Position numbers and translations under genes: made by a program
In this document: positions 14,305-25,002 of the stretch, in pieces
How the letters are laid out: every line of letters starts with the position of its first letter
How positions within the stretch are numbered: the first letter of the stretch is position 1
From: Craspedostauros australis
Taxonomy: Eukaryota
Assembly (NCBI GenBank): GCA_030167865.1
Contig: JALAGF010001676.1
Span: 1 to 43,117, forward strand
Direction: 5' to 3'
DNA: 43,117 bases
Notes under the pieces: generated by a model
Seen by the model: the letters and a program-made list of their open reading frames with translations, nothing else
The model's database searches: none
Told to the model about the DNA's origin: nothing

Positions 14305-15009
14305 TAGGGGCAGGAGAGCGAAAAAAGAAGACGGGCTGCTGTGATAGGTTGGCATGGTCTCCTCGTGAGAGTGCACAGCAGCTCGGTCATCATCCACCAT
14401 TGGTGCATTGACATGCATGGCACAGGTGTAGAGTCGAGAGAGAGAGAGGTAGGCAGTAAGGATAGGCAATAAGCATGGGCAATAGACTGCCATACTCGTA
14501 CATAGGTATGGTACTTGTGCGGCTCCACGTACTCTTTGTCATTCTGCTCTTGCAACGCACGGGTAGCAGTATCACACGATCAATTGGCCATGTTCTACTG
14601 TGCTACATGGTACATACCTTTGCTCTCCCCAAAGACAGAGAGTCAGGGAGCGCTATCATTGCTCACAGGCTTGAACTAAAGTTGACACAAAGTGCGAGTC
14701 TTCTGGTGGAGCAGTGGTCGTACGAGGAGGACTCGAAGATCAAACAAGGAAAGGCAAGAGACTTCACTATCGCTCTGGAGGATGCAACACATCAATAGTA
14801 TTGGAGTGGAACGATCCGAAGATGGGGTGCGTGGCAGGTGCACTCTTCGAGTAACACACGTGGACATCGAGCATTGCATTGTCGAGAGAACTTGAAGATT
14901 ACGACCCAGGCAACGGTTTTACATGCTTCTCGTTTTATGGCATGCAGAGTGTGCACACGAACCGTATGTAAATGTAGCGTACACAGGGCACTCCCGCCGT
15001 GCTTGCACT

Positions 15010-16308
15010 CTATGGCTGCCCGACTTTGGCACGGATCTCTTGGTCCTGCTGGTCCTGCTGCTTCTCTTCCTCTTCCCGCTCCATGCGTTTCAGATTTTGA
15101 ATGACATCCTCCGTCGCGGTCTGGAGGCGCAGGATGGTCTGCATGCTGTTCTGGTTGAACTTGTAGAGACCGTAGAAGAGGTCAAACGAATCCGCCGTGG
15201 TCGACTCAATAAGCTTGAGCACGGACTCGAAACCCTTCGTGTCGATGGGCGTCATGGACAGTCCTTGCGTGCCAAGGATGCGCCCCATGAGATGAGTGAT
15301 GAATTGCGAGTTGGCAGCGTACTCGTCGTGGGCCCTGCAGCTGAGCGGCACCATGTGACATCCCTCCTCCTCCCAAACGCTGAGGAATCGCTCCATGCGG
15401 TCGATGGCCACCAAATGAGATTCATTGTCCTCGTGGATGTAGTGCGTGTTGCCGTTGGCATCGAGGAAGACGTCCGTCAATTCCTTTGAGTCGGGATCGA
15501 AGATGAGACCATCGATCCTTGTTCTTTCGTAGACAAACGTCAAGCCGTTCCATCCCTGGGCGCCTGAATCGGGTCCGAACATGGGATGCGTACAAAGGAT
15601 GTCGCATTCCTTCGGCAGGTGTTGCAGCATAACTTCTCGGGCGTGCTCCTTGACGCTGAGCACGTCCACGATGAGCGGTGCCGTGCGGCTGCGGTCCACG
15701 TAAGATCGCAGCGACGGTGCCAGTTTGAGGATGGTGGATTCGAAGCTGAGGATCGAGGTCGCCACGATGATGACGTCCACTCCCTGGTTGAGGAAGGTGT
15801 CTGGATCCGAAAGTGGCACGTAGGTGACCCCCATCTCACTGGCGATATGGGTGTAGTCGGATCGAGATGTGACAACGACGCGCCCGTGCTTTGCGATGGA
15901 CTTTGCGATGAACTGGCCGAACCTGCCGAACCCGATGATGCCAATGCACAATGGCCTGGACTGCAAGGTGAGAAGCTTTTCCTTGCGAACGGCCGCGAGC
16001 TGGCTTGCCAACTCCGCCTCGATCTGCTTGAGCTCCTCCAACCGACCTGCCTGGGGCCCCGAGTCCTCATATTCGCTGTTGACGGACATGAAGGAAACCG
16101 TGAGGGATTTTCTGTGGGTATCAGCACCTCGGTTCACGAAAGATTCAGAGAGCGATGGATCGTCTGCGGCCCCAAGCACCGTGCTTGTTGCTGACTTTCT
16201 TCGAGGTGACGGTGAGTTTGATGATGTGATGCTGGCCAATGCGCAGCAGCTCCGCAAGAGTTGGCAGACGACTACAAAGTGGACGATGCAGGTTGCGATG
16301 CGGAACAT
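15010..16308 (-). CDS. tyrA: TyrA-family arogenate/prephenate dehydrogenase (plant-type), probably plastid-targeted, 432 aa
   Basis: Rossmann motif IGIIGFGRFGQF, DVLSVKEH, ILCTHPMFGPDSG, HDEYAANSQFITH, TPIDTKGF, DSFDLFYGL. N-terminal signal peptide and Ser-rich transit-like stretch. Confidence 0.9.
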   Translation of the reverse strand: MFRIATCIVHFVVVCQLLRSCCALASITSSNSPSPRRKSATSTVLGAADDPSLSESFVNRGADTHRKSLTVSFMSVNSEYEDSGPQAGRLEELKQIEAELASQLAAVRKEKLLTLQSRPLCIGIIGFGRFGQFIAKSIAKHGRVVVTSRSDYTHIASEMGVTYVPLSDPDTFLNQGVDVIIVATSILSFESTILKLAPSLRSYVDRSRTAPLIVDVLSVKEHAREVMLQHLPKECDILCTHPMFGPDSGAQGWNGLTFVYERTRIDGLIFDPDSKELTDVFLDANGNTHYIHEDNESHLVAIDRMERFLSVWEEEGCHMVPLSCRAHDEYAANSQFITHLMGRILGTQGLSMTPIDTKGFESVLKLIESTTADSFDLFYGLYKFNQNSMQTILRLQTATEDVIQNLKRMEREEEEKQQDQQDQEIRAKVGQP

Positions 16309-16726
16309 GCTTCAGCTATTGGTATCGTTTGATCCTCGGGTTGGATGTGGTGCTGGCTGACTTGCGATCACAGCGAGAGTCGGCGTGCTCGCTGCCTCAC
16401 TGATTTGTTCCTGTAGCGCTTTGTTGCGTTGTTGCTTTGTTTCGACTTCTTGTCTCTAAATTATGACCTTTGGTGCTCCGTGTTAGTATCACTATATGAT
16501 CGACCTTGTGGTAACTTCCATTCGATGTTTGATCAGCATCCCGCAACGGCAGTTGGTGGTTTGCTCATGGGAGTTCCCAATGCCGACAATGGGATCTTGG
16601 AACGTGCGATCATCGAAAGAATGACCTCCGAAACGGCATCGATGGGAGGACAAGAGGAAACCGCGCAACACAGGAAGCAGAGATCGCACTCACCCACAGG
16701 TTTGGGAGATGGCAGTGCGCGCGGCC

Positions 16727-16727
16727 G

Positions 16728-16761
<34 letters not shown>
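16727..16761 (+). repeat. (GTT)~12 microsatellite
   Basis: Seen directly in the TyrA / ankyrin-BTB intergenic region. Confidence 0.95.
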
Positions 16762-17432
16762 CGTTGTTTGGCTTGCAAACGTGGCCCAAGCTTCGCGTCG
16801 CATTGGCGAGCAATCGGGTTATGGGGTTACCAGGCAGGCGGAATCAGCTCTAGAAGCAGCGGTAAGTTGCAAAAAAGCGTAGTTTATTCCGGCCATGACA
16901 CATCTGGAGCGCGTCTGGCCGCCGTATGTTCGATCGAGAACGAAGGTTGTTTCGTTCACGAAACGTGGAGAAAAGATCGTGGCAACAATAAGAACACTGG
17001 CGCGAGTGGTGTGCGAGTCCACGGCCCGCCGCATTCGTGGAGAGTTGACGGCAACTTCTCCACAGGGGAAGAAAAAATCAGTTTCTGTGGTTTCTCCAGC
17101 TCTTTTTGCTTGTGCCACTCCCGCACTCTCATCATCTCCATTTCGGGTTTTGTGGAAGAGGGCTGCAGCATTCTACGCCAAGGTGGTACGAGAGTACGAC
17201 TGTACTTCCACGATGAAAGACTCCAGCGTGTTGGTATTGGCGGCAAGTCAAGATGGCGAAAGTTGCCACCACGAGTGCAAGTGTGATGGTGTGAACTGTG
17301 GTGCATTGCACTACGCGAGAACTGCGCAGACCATTGCAATCGTCACCAGAACTGCGGTAAGGAGAGCGAAGAGAAGAAATCGGCAAGACCACGAGAGCTC
17401 ATAAAACGAGAAATCTGAACAACCAACAGGCA

Positions 17433-17482
17433 ACGAGCAACAAGCAACATTCAACAAGCAACAAGCAACAAGCAACATTCAA
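17433..17482 (+). repeat. Imperfect (CAAGCAA)n tandem repeat in the 5' leader of the ankyrin-BTB gene
   Basis: Repeated agcaaca units with two 'agcaacattcaac' copies. Confidence 0.7.
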
Positions 17483-17506
17483 CGACCAAGATAAGTCACA
17501 AGCATC

Positions 17507-19246
17507 ATGTCCTCCACCTTGAGTGGTCACTACAAAAGGGACTTCTTCGAGGATGTTAAGCGTGGCAGCTTGGGCCAGGTCAAGGGCATCTTGGCAGAAT
17601 ATCCGCAGGTACGCATTGAGGATATCAAGATGTCGGACGGATACGAGCGCAGATGTGGATCCAATGCGCTCCATGTAGCTTCCCGAGAAGGCCATTTGGA
17701 GATCGTGAAGTACCTCGTGGAGTCACGGAACGCAGAGGTTGCCTGCGGGAATAACTACGGCGCCACCTCGCTTCACCTTGCCTCCGGAAACGGCCATCTG
17801 GATGTCTTGAAGTTTCTCTTGCAATGCAAGGGCACAGATCCCGGCGTGCAAACCTACTGCGGCGAAGGTCTGCTTCACAAAGCCGCCGAGAATGATCATC
17901 TGGGAGTTGTGAAGTACTTGGTGGAATCTTGGGGTGCAAATATCGAACTTCGTGACAACTACGGTCGCACGCCGTGGTTTTACGCTGTCAAATCAGGCGG
18001 GTTGGACCTCGCGAAGTACCTGGTGGAAGTCTGCTGTGTGGATGTCGCTGTGAGAGATTACAAGGATAACACCGTCCTTCATGACATTCCATTTGAAAGT
18101 CGTCATGAGGTGGTGCAGTATGTCGCAAGAATTCCCAACATCGACACCAACACAACAAACAGAGATGATGAAAACCCTCTTCACGCTATTTACTCTCTTC
18201 ACGAAGATCATCCCGCACTGCGTCTCTTGGACTCGGGGAGATATGACGTCAATGCTCAAGATCGTGATGGTAATACTCTCCTCCATCGTGTTTGTGGAGA
18301 AGCCAGTGAGGGCGACAGTTCCGGCTACAAGACGTTATTGCAAGTCTATGACGCAGATTTCACCATAAAAAACAACGAAGGCAAAACTGCGCTGGAGTGT
18401 ATTCGATACCATATCACCGAGAGTTATACCTTCGAGCCGTTTGCCACCCATTACCAACGGCTTCTCATCCAGCACAACCAGCGAGATCAGGCAAGAAAGA
18501 GCGCACAGTCAAGAAACTTCATGAAGATGTCGACCATCAGTACCAACAACAGCATCAACAAGGACAAACTCAGGGCTCTCCGCGAAGAGCATTTGGCGGA
18601 TACTATCTTCGTCGTTGGTTCCGGCCATATCCAACGATCAATCAAGGCAAACAGGGCCACTCTTCTCCTCGCCGTGCCATCCATCAAAAAGATGATCGAC
18701 GCGGGTACTCCTCCCAGTACCAGCACAGATACAAGCATCACCACCATCCCCCTTCCTGACTTCCATCCAGAGCACGTCATGTACGTTCTCCAGTACATCT
18801 ACGCAGCCGATACATCCTTTCTGAGTGTCGATGGCATGACCAAGCACCATAGCCTTCGCGACCTGCTGGTCGTTGCAAACCACCTCGGGTGCTGGAGACT
18901 CAAACTGATCATTGAAGCCGAGTTGATCTACGACCATCTGACGCCAGCTTCCTTGACTGACATGGTGCAGTTCGCCGACCAGCACGATTGCGTGATGCTG
19001 AAGGATGCATGCACAAGAATGAAAGAAGGAGCCGAGAATGGCCATGGCCAAAACGGAGCAACAGCCGCCGCTGCTGCTGGAGGGTCAAACGCTGATGAGT
19101 ACAGCAATATGTCTGTGATGGACATGTACAGAGTTTTGGATGGCAAGCGTGGCAACGGTGTTGACTTGGACTCGTACATGGATCGCGAATCGCTTTTGGC
19201 GTTGCTGCGCTCATCCGAGGCAGACAAGACGAACGTGGCGAACTAG
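17507..19246 (+). CDS. Ankyrin-repeat plus BTB/POZ domain protein (putative Cullin-3 adaptor), 579 aa
   Basis: About 7-8 ankyrin repeats (GSNALHVASREGHLEIVKYLVE, GATSLHLASGNGHLDVLKFLL, GRTPW, GNTLLH). BTB signature ADTIFVVG...IKANRATL...ITTIPLPDFHPEHVMYVLQYIY...LLVVANHLGCWRLKLIIE. Confidence 0.88.
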   Translation: MSSTLSGHYKRDFFEDVKRGSLGQVKGILAEYPQVRIEDIKMSDGYERRCGSNALHVASREGHLEIVKYLVESRNAEVACGNNYGATSLHLASGNGHLDVLKFLLQCKGTDPGVQTYCGEGLLHKAAENDHLGVVKYLVESWGANIELRDNYGRTPWFYAVKSGGLDLAKYLVEVCCVDVAVRDYKDNTVLHDIPFESRHEVVQYVARIPNIDTNTTNRDDENPLHAIYSLHEDHPALRLLDSGRYDVNAQDRDGNTLLHRVCGEASEGDSSGYKTLLQVYDADFTIKNNEGKTALECIRYHITESYTFEPFATHYQRLLIQHNQRDQARKSAQSRNFMKMSTISTNNSINKDKLRALREEHLADTIFVVGSGHIQRSIKANRATLLLAVPSIKKMIDAGTPPSTSTDTSITTIPLPDFHPEHVMYVLQYIYAADTSFLSVDGMTKHHSLRDLLVVANHLGCWRLKLIIEAELIYDHLTPASLTDMVQFADQHDCVMLKDACTRMKEGAENGHGQNGATAAAAAGGSNADEYSNMSVMDMYRVLDGKRGNGVDLDSYMDRESLLALLRSSEADKTNVAN

Positions 19247-19776
19247 CTCGTAAGTGGAGCTGGGCATGGCATCGCTTGGCACATACTCACCCGTACTACT
19301 AGGAGTGGCTCACAGCCGGAGACACTTCACACAGAGACCTGACGACTAGAGCAGCGGATTGGCCTTCGCTTATGATTCATTTCAATTCTCTAGTTAAATA
19401 GTCATTGGATGACATCTTTTATTCTATGCACCATACTATATCCACTCTTGATCTCTCTCGCTCTGTCTCTTTCTTTACGTTGGTGCCACTTTTGCAACCA
19501 CAACCAACAGGAAGGGTTGCATCTGTTTTCTGTCCGCCCCCACGCCAACAGTCATGCTTCAAACAGCAAATGCTGCGCTGCTCTTCGGCTTTCAGTGTTC
19601 ATGCATGACCTACTAGTTGTAAACTGATTGATAAAAGTATCACTCTTGTTATTGCTACGAATGCTGTCGCAATTGCGGTTGCTATTCCTGTTGCTGCTGC
19701 TGCCGGGTCTGTGTTGCCAGGTCTGGATTGTCGGATGTACGCCGAAGCTCCATGACGCTTGCCAAGAAGAATTGTC

Positions 19777-21921
19777 CTAACGACGGTACCAATGGCTCTT
19801 GAAGTTGAAGCAGACGGACAGAATGCCTCGCTGGAAGCTGCACTTGAAGCCTCGCTTGCGAGATCGATTCCATTCCTTATTGATGATCTTGAACGCGATG
19901 TCTTCGTACGGCGCGCCTCCGTGGAATCGGATGATGCAGAACTCGTCGGAATCGGCCGTTTCGATGAAGTACTGCGGCGTCTTGGTGGGATCGACGAGCT
20001 CGGGATAGAAAATGTTGAATTTGTATCCCTGGACGATCTTTGGCGGAGGGTTGTCGTGGTCGTAGTGCGTTTGGTTGTACTTGTTCCAATCGTACCCGGT
20101 CTTGACGCGGTTGAAGTAACGGGGCTTGCGTCCCTTGTACTTGCGCTGCCACGAGTAGGACTTCTTCGTGTTGGCCTGCGTGATTTCGTCCGCCTCGCCC
20201 ATCTCCTGTTCGTCGTTGCCGAATTCTTCGGAAACTCCGTCGGGAAGACCCTTCCGCTTGCCGTCGCCAGAGTCCTTGCCATCGCCGTTGGAATCGGCGC
20301 CCTTCTTCTTCAGCGCGTCTCGCTTCTGTTCCAGTCTCTCCAACTGCCGCACGAGCATCTTGGAATGGATGTCGGACAGGGTCATCTTGGAGAGGTGGAC
20401 GCCGAGCTGCTCGTGCACGTTCCTCCAGTAGCTGCGATCTCCCCCTGCGCCTCCGTTGCCGTGGGCCATCTTCTGCAAGCGTGCTTCAACTTCCGCCTTC
20501 ATCTTGAGCAGGGCGGGTTGCGATTGCCCCTTGAACAAGGACTCGATCTCCTTGACCTTGGTACCGTAGGATCCCTTGGCTCCTCCATTTTGCAGCAGCT
20601 TGATCTCGTTGGAAACGACCAGGTGCAACGAGTCCCAATAGACGACGGCCGTGTCGCTGGACGACGAGTTGCCGGCCTCCTTTTCCAATGCTCGGAAGGC
20701 CTCCAAGTCGGACAGCAGCCCCCTAAGCTCCGCCAGCTTGAGCATTTTGACGATGCTCGATGGCTCCTCGAGCTCTGCCTGCAGATCCTGCATCTCCGTC
20801 AGCGGGTTGTGACGCTCCTGGTACTTGACCTTAGCCTGGCTGGCCTGATTGTCGGCATAACCGAACAGCAGAAGGTTCTTGGCCAAGACATCGATCGGCT
20901 TTTGGCGGCCTTCCACGAGGCGGATGGCAGATCGTTGGCGTTGCTGTTGGAGATGGAATGCCTCCTCCTTCTTGGCCCATTCGTCGTAGTGCTCCAGCTC
21001 CTTCATTCGGGACTCTTCCGCTCTGAGACGCTCCATTTCATCGCGTTCCCGGAATCGCTCCTCACGTCTGAGGCGAATATTGTCAATCTGATCGAGGGTG
21101 TCGACGTTGTCCTTCGCCTCCGCTTCGGTCAGCTTGGCTTTCCTGCCCCATGTGAATGTCTCGTGGAGGTTGGGATCGTTGAAAGGATTTTCCTCGGCCG
21201 TGTAGCCGAATCTGGTGGAGATCTTGGCCGCGCGGCGCTGGGCTCGACGCTCCTTTCGCTCCTCCAGCGTCTCGCCTCTCGCTTCGAGCTTGGCCATGAG
21301 CTTCCTGTTGACCACCTTTTCTTTGTCGTTGTCGGAATCATCATCGCTGGAACTGTCCGATGAGCTGGAGTCCGAGCTGCTGCTGCTGCTCTCGCTGCTG
21401 GAGGAGTCCGAGGATGACGACTCGTACTTGCGTCTCTTCTTGCGACGCTTGCGTTTGTCACGGCGTGACGATCGCTTCTTGCGCCTGCTCTTTGACTTTC
21501 TGCGGCGGCGGCGTCGACTTTCCTGCGAGGAATCATCGTCGTTGTCGCTGCTGGCATCACGCTTGTCGACTTTGCCACCATCGTCGTCGCTCTTTCCATC
21601 ATTGCTGCTGGGGGCGTCCTCCGTCTTGGCGTGGCTCTTGCGCTTGCCATCATCGCTGTCCTCGTCGTCCTTGCCGTCTCTGGATCGGCGTCCGTCGCGC
21701 GAAGATCGGCTGCGCCGGTCCTTCTTGTCGTCGCCACGTCGGGAACGTTCGCGCCTGCGCTTCCTGTCTCGATCACGCCGTCGATCGTCTACGTCGCTCC
21801 TGTCATCGCCGCTATCCTCATGGCGGTCTTCTTCGTCGTCGTCATCGTCATCGCGCTTCTTCTCCCTGCGACTCCCGGAGGATCTGCGGCGATCGTCCTT
21901 GTCAGTCGATGATCTCCCCAT
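19777..21921 (-). CDS. CACTIN: Cactin, spliceosome-associated protein, ~714 aa
   Basis: RS/acidic N-terminus. FGYTAEENPFNDPNL, EEAFHLQQQRQRSAIRLVEGRQKPIDVL. CactinC domain RKPRYFNRVKTGYDWNKYNQTHYDHDNPPPKIVQGYKFNIFYP...PYEDIAFKIINKEW...YRR. First ATG at 21921. Confidence 0.96.
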   Translation of the reverse strand: MGRSSTDKDDRRRSSGSRREKKRDDDDDDEEDRHEDSGDDRSDVDDRRRDRDRKRRRERSRRGDDKKDRRSRSSRDGRRSRDGKDDEDSDDGKRKSHAKTEDAPSSNDGKSDDDGGKVDKRDASSDNDDDSSQESRRRRRRKSKSRRKKRSSRRDKRKRRKKRRKYESSSSDSSSSESSSSSSDSSSSDSSSDDDSDNDKEKVVNRKLMAKLEARGETLEERKERRAQRRAAKISTRFGYTAEENPFNDPNLHETFTWGRKAKLTEAEAKDNVDTLDQIDNIRLRREERFRERDEMERLRAEESRMKELEHYDEWAKKEEAFHLQQQRQRSAIRLVEGRQKPIDVLAKNLLLFGYADNQASQAKVKYQERHNPLTEMQDLQAELEEPSSIVKMLKLAELRGLLSDLEAFRALEKEAGNSSSSDTAVVYWDSLHLVVSNEIKLLQNGGAKGSYGTKVKEIESLFKGQSQPALLKMKAEVEARLQKMAHGNGGAGGDRSYWRNVHEQLGVHLSKMTLSDIHSKMLVRQLERLEQKRDALKKKGADSNGDGKDSGDGKRKGLPDGVSEEFGNDEQEMGEADEITQANTKKSYSWQRKYKGRKPRYFNRVKTGYDWNKYNQTHYDHDNPPPKIVQGYKFNIFYPELVDPTKTPQYFIETADSDEFCIIRFHGGAPYEDIAFKIINKEWNRSRKRGFKCSFQRGILSVCFNFKSHWYRR

Positions 21922-22152
21922 GGTTGCTGCACCTTCGATTGTCAACGCTTGCGCACGGTGATCGTGACAATGGCGATGTCTGACGCTGCAGCGGGCACGT
22001 CAGTGATTCGATGATTGGGCGATTGGGCGATTGAAGGATGCCACCTTTGAGCTGTCCTTCAGCACCAACAGATCGGCACAGCTGCGTCCCTCGCTGCTGC
22101 ACTGTTGTGATGTGTCTGACTGGTTGTGGCTGTCGTTTGGACGCTGTGAGTG

Positions 22153-22200
22153 TTTGCGTTTTGTGTTTGCGTTTTGTGTTTGCGTTTTGCATTTGTGTGT
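22153..22200 (+). repeat. ~3 copies of a 13-nt unit (TTTGCGTTTTGTG), degenerating
   Basis: Seen directly in the cactin upstream region. Confidence 0.7.
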
Positions 22201-22540
22201 GTTGTGTTTGGATGTCCACAATTGCCAAAATGAGAGTCGGCCTCAGAGAAGTGAGTGGTTGCGGTTGACATCGGGACTGAGATCTGAGATTGAGTCCCGT
22301 ATGGAAGAATAGACCAACGTCCGGGTTATCTCCGAATGCGAGCGATTTTCTTGGAGGCATCTCAAGCGATATCGCGATGGTGAGACAGCCACGATCATCA
22401 AGAGCAACGTAAGACTGGTGGTAAAGAATGCAATGGAGTGGAGTACGATTGTACGAAGATCAATGCCGATGTCTGTCTGGGACGCTTAACTGCTTGCTTT
22501 GTTCTGTCCTGTTCAACCCATGTTCTGCCTTTCTCCAGCA

Positions 22541-24401
22541 TCATTGTGAATCGGCGCCGCCCTCCGTCTTGGCTGCGGCGGCAGACGAGGAGGCGATGAG
22601 GAAGACCGCGGTTCCAATCAGCCCGCCACCTATAAATCCAAACGGCCCCATGGTCTCGCCCACCAGTACATACGCAAACAAGGCAGTGAAGATGGGTTGG
22701 AATGTGTATATCAGGTTGGCGTCGGTTGGGCTGTATTGTACGAGTAGGCAAGGAATGCACGCGTGTGTGTGTGTCGGTATGAGCGTCGCGGATGCAAATT
22801 GAAATTGAAAGCAAGTGGAGTGGAGTGGGGAAAGCGTGGAATGGACATCTGTGAGAATGAGAATCAAACAACAAAACAACAGACAACACCAACAACATTC
22901 ACGCTGCGACAAACGACGTTACCCTCAGAAGACAGAGTTCTGATTGTTCCGCGCAACACTCCGCAATCTTCCGAGCGGAAGTTTAGACTCCGCAGCGCAC
23001 GTACCCGACCCTGGATTGGCCAAAGCTCTGCGCGTAGATCGTATACGCGCAGGTCACCCAGCCCGTCCAAAGAATTGCAACTGCACCCGTCTGCAATGTC
23101 GATGCATCGATCGTCCCGGATGTCATGCCGTCCGCAAAAGTCGCAGCAAACTTCGTAATGTCCTTGCCAGTATCGACGATGAAGTTTCCGATCCCGTCCA
23201 GCTCGATACCGCTGTTGGCGAGCATCACCAGTGCACCCACGAGGACGAAGCTCAGTATGGCCTCCCACGTTGCCTTGACGGCCGCCAGCTTGATGGGCGT
23301 TGTGTTTCTCGCGAATTTGCTCAGACGGACGACATGGAACGTGTACAGGACGGCGGACATGATGATGAGCAGATCGCCGCTCGTGATGGACGACGGTACC
23401 GCAAGGATCGATTGCATCAGATCGGACTGGCCGATGGAGGCGGTGATATCTGTCGTTGCGGATGCCGTTGTTGCTGCCGCTGCTGCCGTCATATCCTCCT
23501 GACCATCCAGTCCCATGACGACCAACCCTGCAAATGCCATGACGCAGGCTCCCCACGTCGTCGCCGGGACCGCAAGGAAGTTGGATGCCAGCACGGCCTC
23601 CAGGATCGGCACGAAGATCGTGGTGAGCTGTACCAGAAATCCAGCACGGCCAGACTCCACCGTTTGCAATCCCACAATCTGGAGGCAGTTGGCCACGAAG
23701 AGATAGGTCCCCAGCTCGAGACCACCATTGATGGGCAGCGTGCCGAAGTCAAGTCCCAGAAGCTTTGTGCGCTGTTGTCCCTGCTGCTGTTGTTCGAAGA
23801 ATCGTTCGTCGGCAGCGTCGGCCGTATCTCCAGCACTGGCATTTCCGTCATTGCGTCTGCTCTCCAGGATGGTAAGCAGCAGAGTCGTGACAGCTGCGAG
23901 GGTGTAGTAGGATGTTGAAAACACCAGACCTGGGATTGGCGGATCGATCTTGTTGAGCAGACGCACCACTGGTCCGTATGTCCCCCATGCCAGCGGGACC
24001 GTTAGCAGCACCAGAACTCCGAGGAGTCGGTCGGGCACGGCGGCAAATACAGATGTGGACGCAGCTATGGTGTCGCTGTCCGTACTTGTGCCCCTACCTG
24101 TTCCTGTGATATCTGCATTTTTGTTGCCAGCGTCGCTGATTGACTTCGTTATTCCATCTGTGGGCTTCGAATGCAGCTGTGTCACTCCCAATCTGAACCG
24201 AGAAGGCTGAGACCGTGTGCTCATGTGCCGTCGCCCATTGAAGTGCAAACATGACCGTCCTTGCGCACCATTCCTCCTGTTGGATGGTGCGTGTAGTTCT
24301 GCACCGGCTTGAACTGAAAGAGGAGATGATGACTGGAAGGCTTGAACCGTCGGAACGGATGACAGCAGCGCCGCTATCAGCAGTAATATGAACGCAGTCA
24401 T
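22541..24401 (-). CDS. EamA/DMT-family transporter, plastid-targeted, 2 exons: join(22541..22730,23005..24401), ~528 aa
   Basis: Signal peptide plus VQA-FQ. About 10 TM segments. GLELG, GLQTVESGRAGFLVQLTTIFVP, GDLLI, QSFGQSRV|GPTDANLIYTFQPIFTALFA...GE. Phase-2 GTACGT...CAG intron at 22731..23004 restores the frame. Confidence 0.88.
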
Positions 24402-25002
24402 TGCGCGTGGAATCGCAGCAGCAACTGACACAGAGCAGAGTGGAATAGAGTGGAATAGAATAGAGGACTCTGCAGTTGATCGTCGGCACCTGAACCTCAG
24501 AAGCGCTGCGGAGAGTGCTGTTCCACCAGTAGATAGTTGCGCATGAGTATGGTACATGTGTTGGATGAGCGCAACTGTCACCCTGTGGCTGTCGTCTCGT
24601 GGTGGAAAGATGAGGTCATCGTGCAGAAATGCGTGTGTTTTCGTTTTGGCGGGAGAAGTGGAGAAATAAGCGATCGCATGAGTCGAGGGAAGATGCTGAT
24701 TCATTCGATTGGATTGTCGGAGGGAAAAAGCTTGGAGAGGAACGCCAACAGCGGGAACAGAACCGCGAAAGATGCGTCCACGATAACCACGACAGCCACA
24801 ACGGCAGCAACAGTGGCATCGCTCGACCTCTGTGCCATACCAGCACTGGTTCGAGTACACGTTTGCGCGCTCTGTGATGGCGAGTTGACGATCGTCACAA
24901 ATAGCATCAATACTGAAGACAGCCACAAAGAGGCACAGCGAGACACAGCGAAAGAAGAGCAAGAACAGGAGACAAGAAGACGACGAATCCACGAAAGCAA
25001 AG

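Noticed and set aside
16429-17404. Several 100-285-aa ORFs between TyrA and ankyrin-BTB
   Set aside because: They run through a microsatellite, have no domain motifs and mostly have non-ATG starts. A decayed gene or TE cannot be excluded but is unsupported.
19759-21363. 534-aa plus-strand ORF, and similar long antisense ORFs at 5756..6691, 12124..13059, 25156..26028 and 30621..31454
   Set aside because: They are antisense shadows of real genes (cactin, cpn60, GT14-like, RAD51C, hydrolase) caused by GC3-rich codon usage, and have no recognisable motifs.
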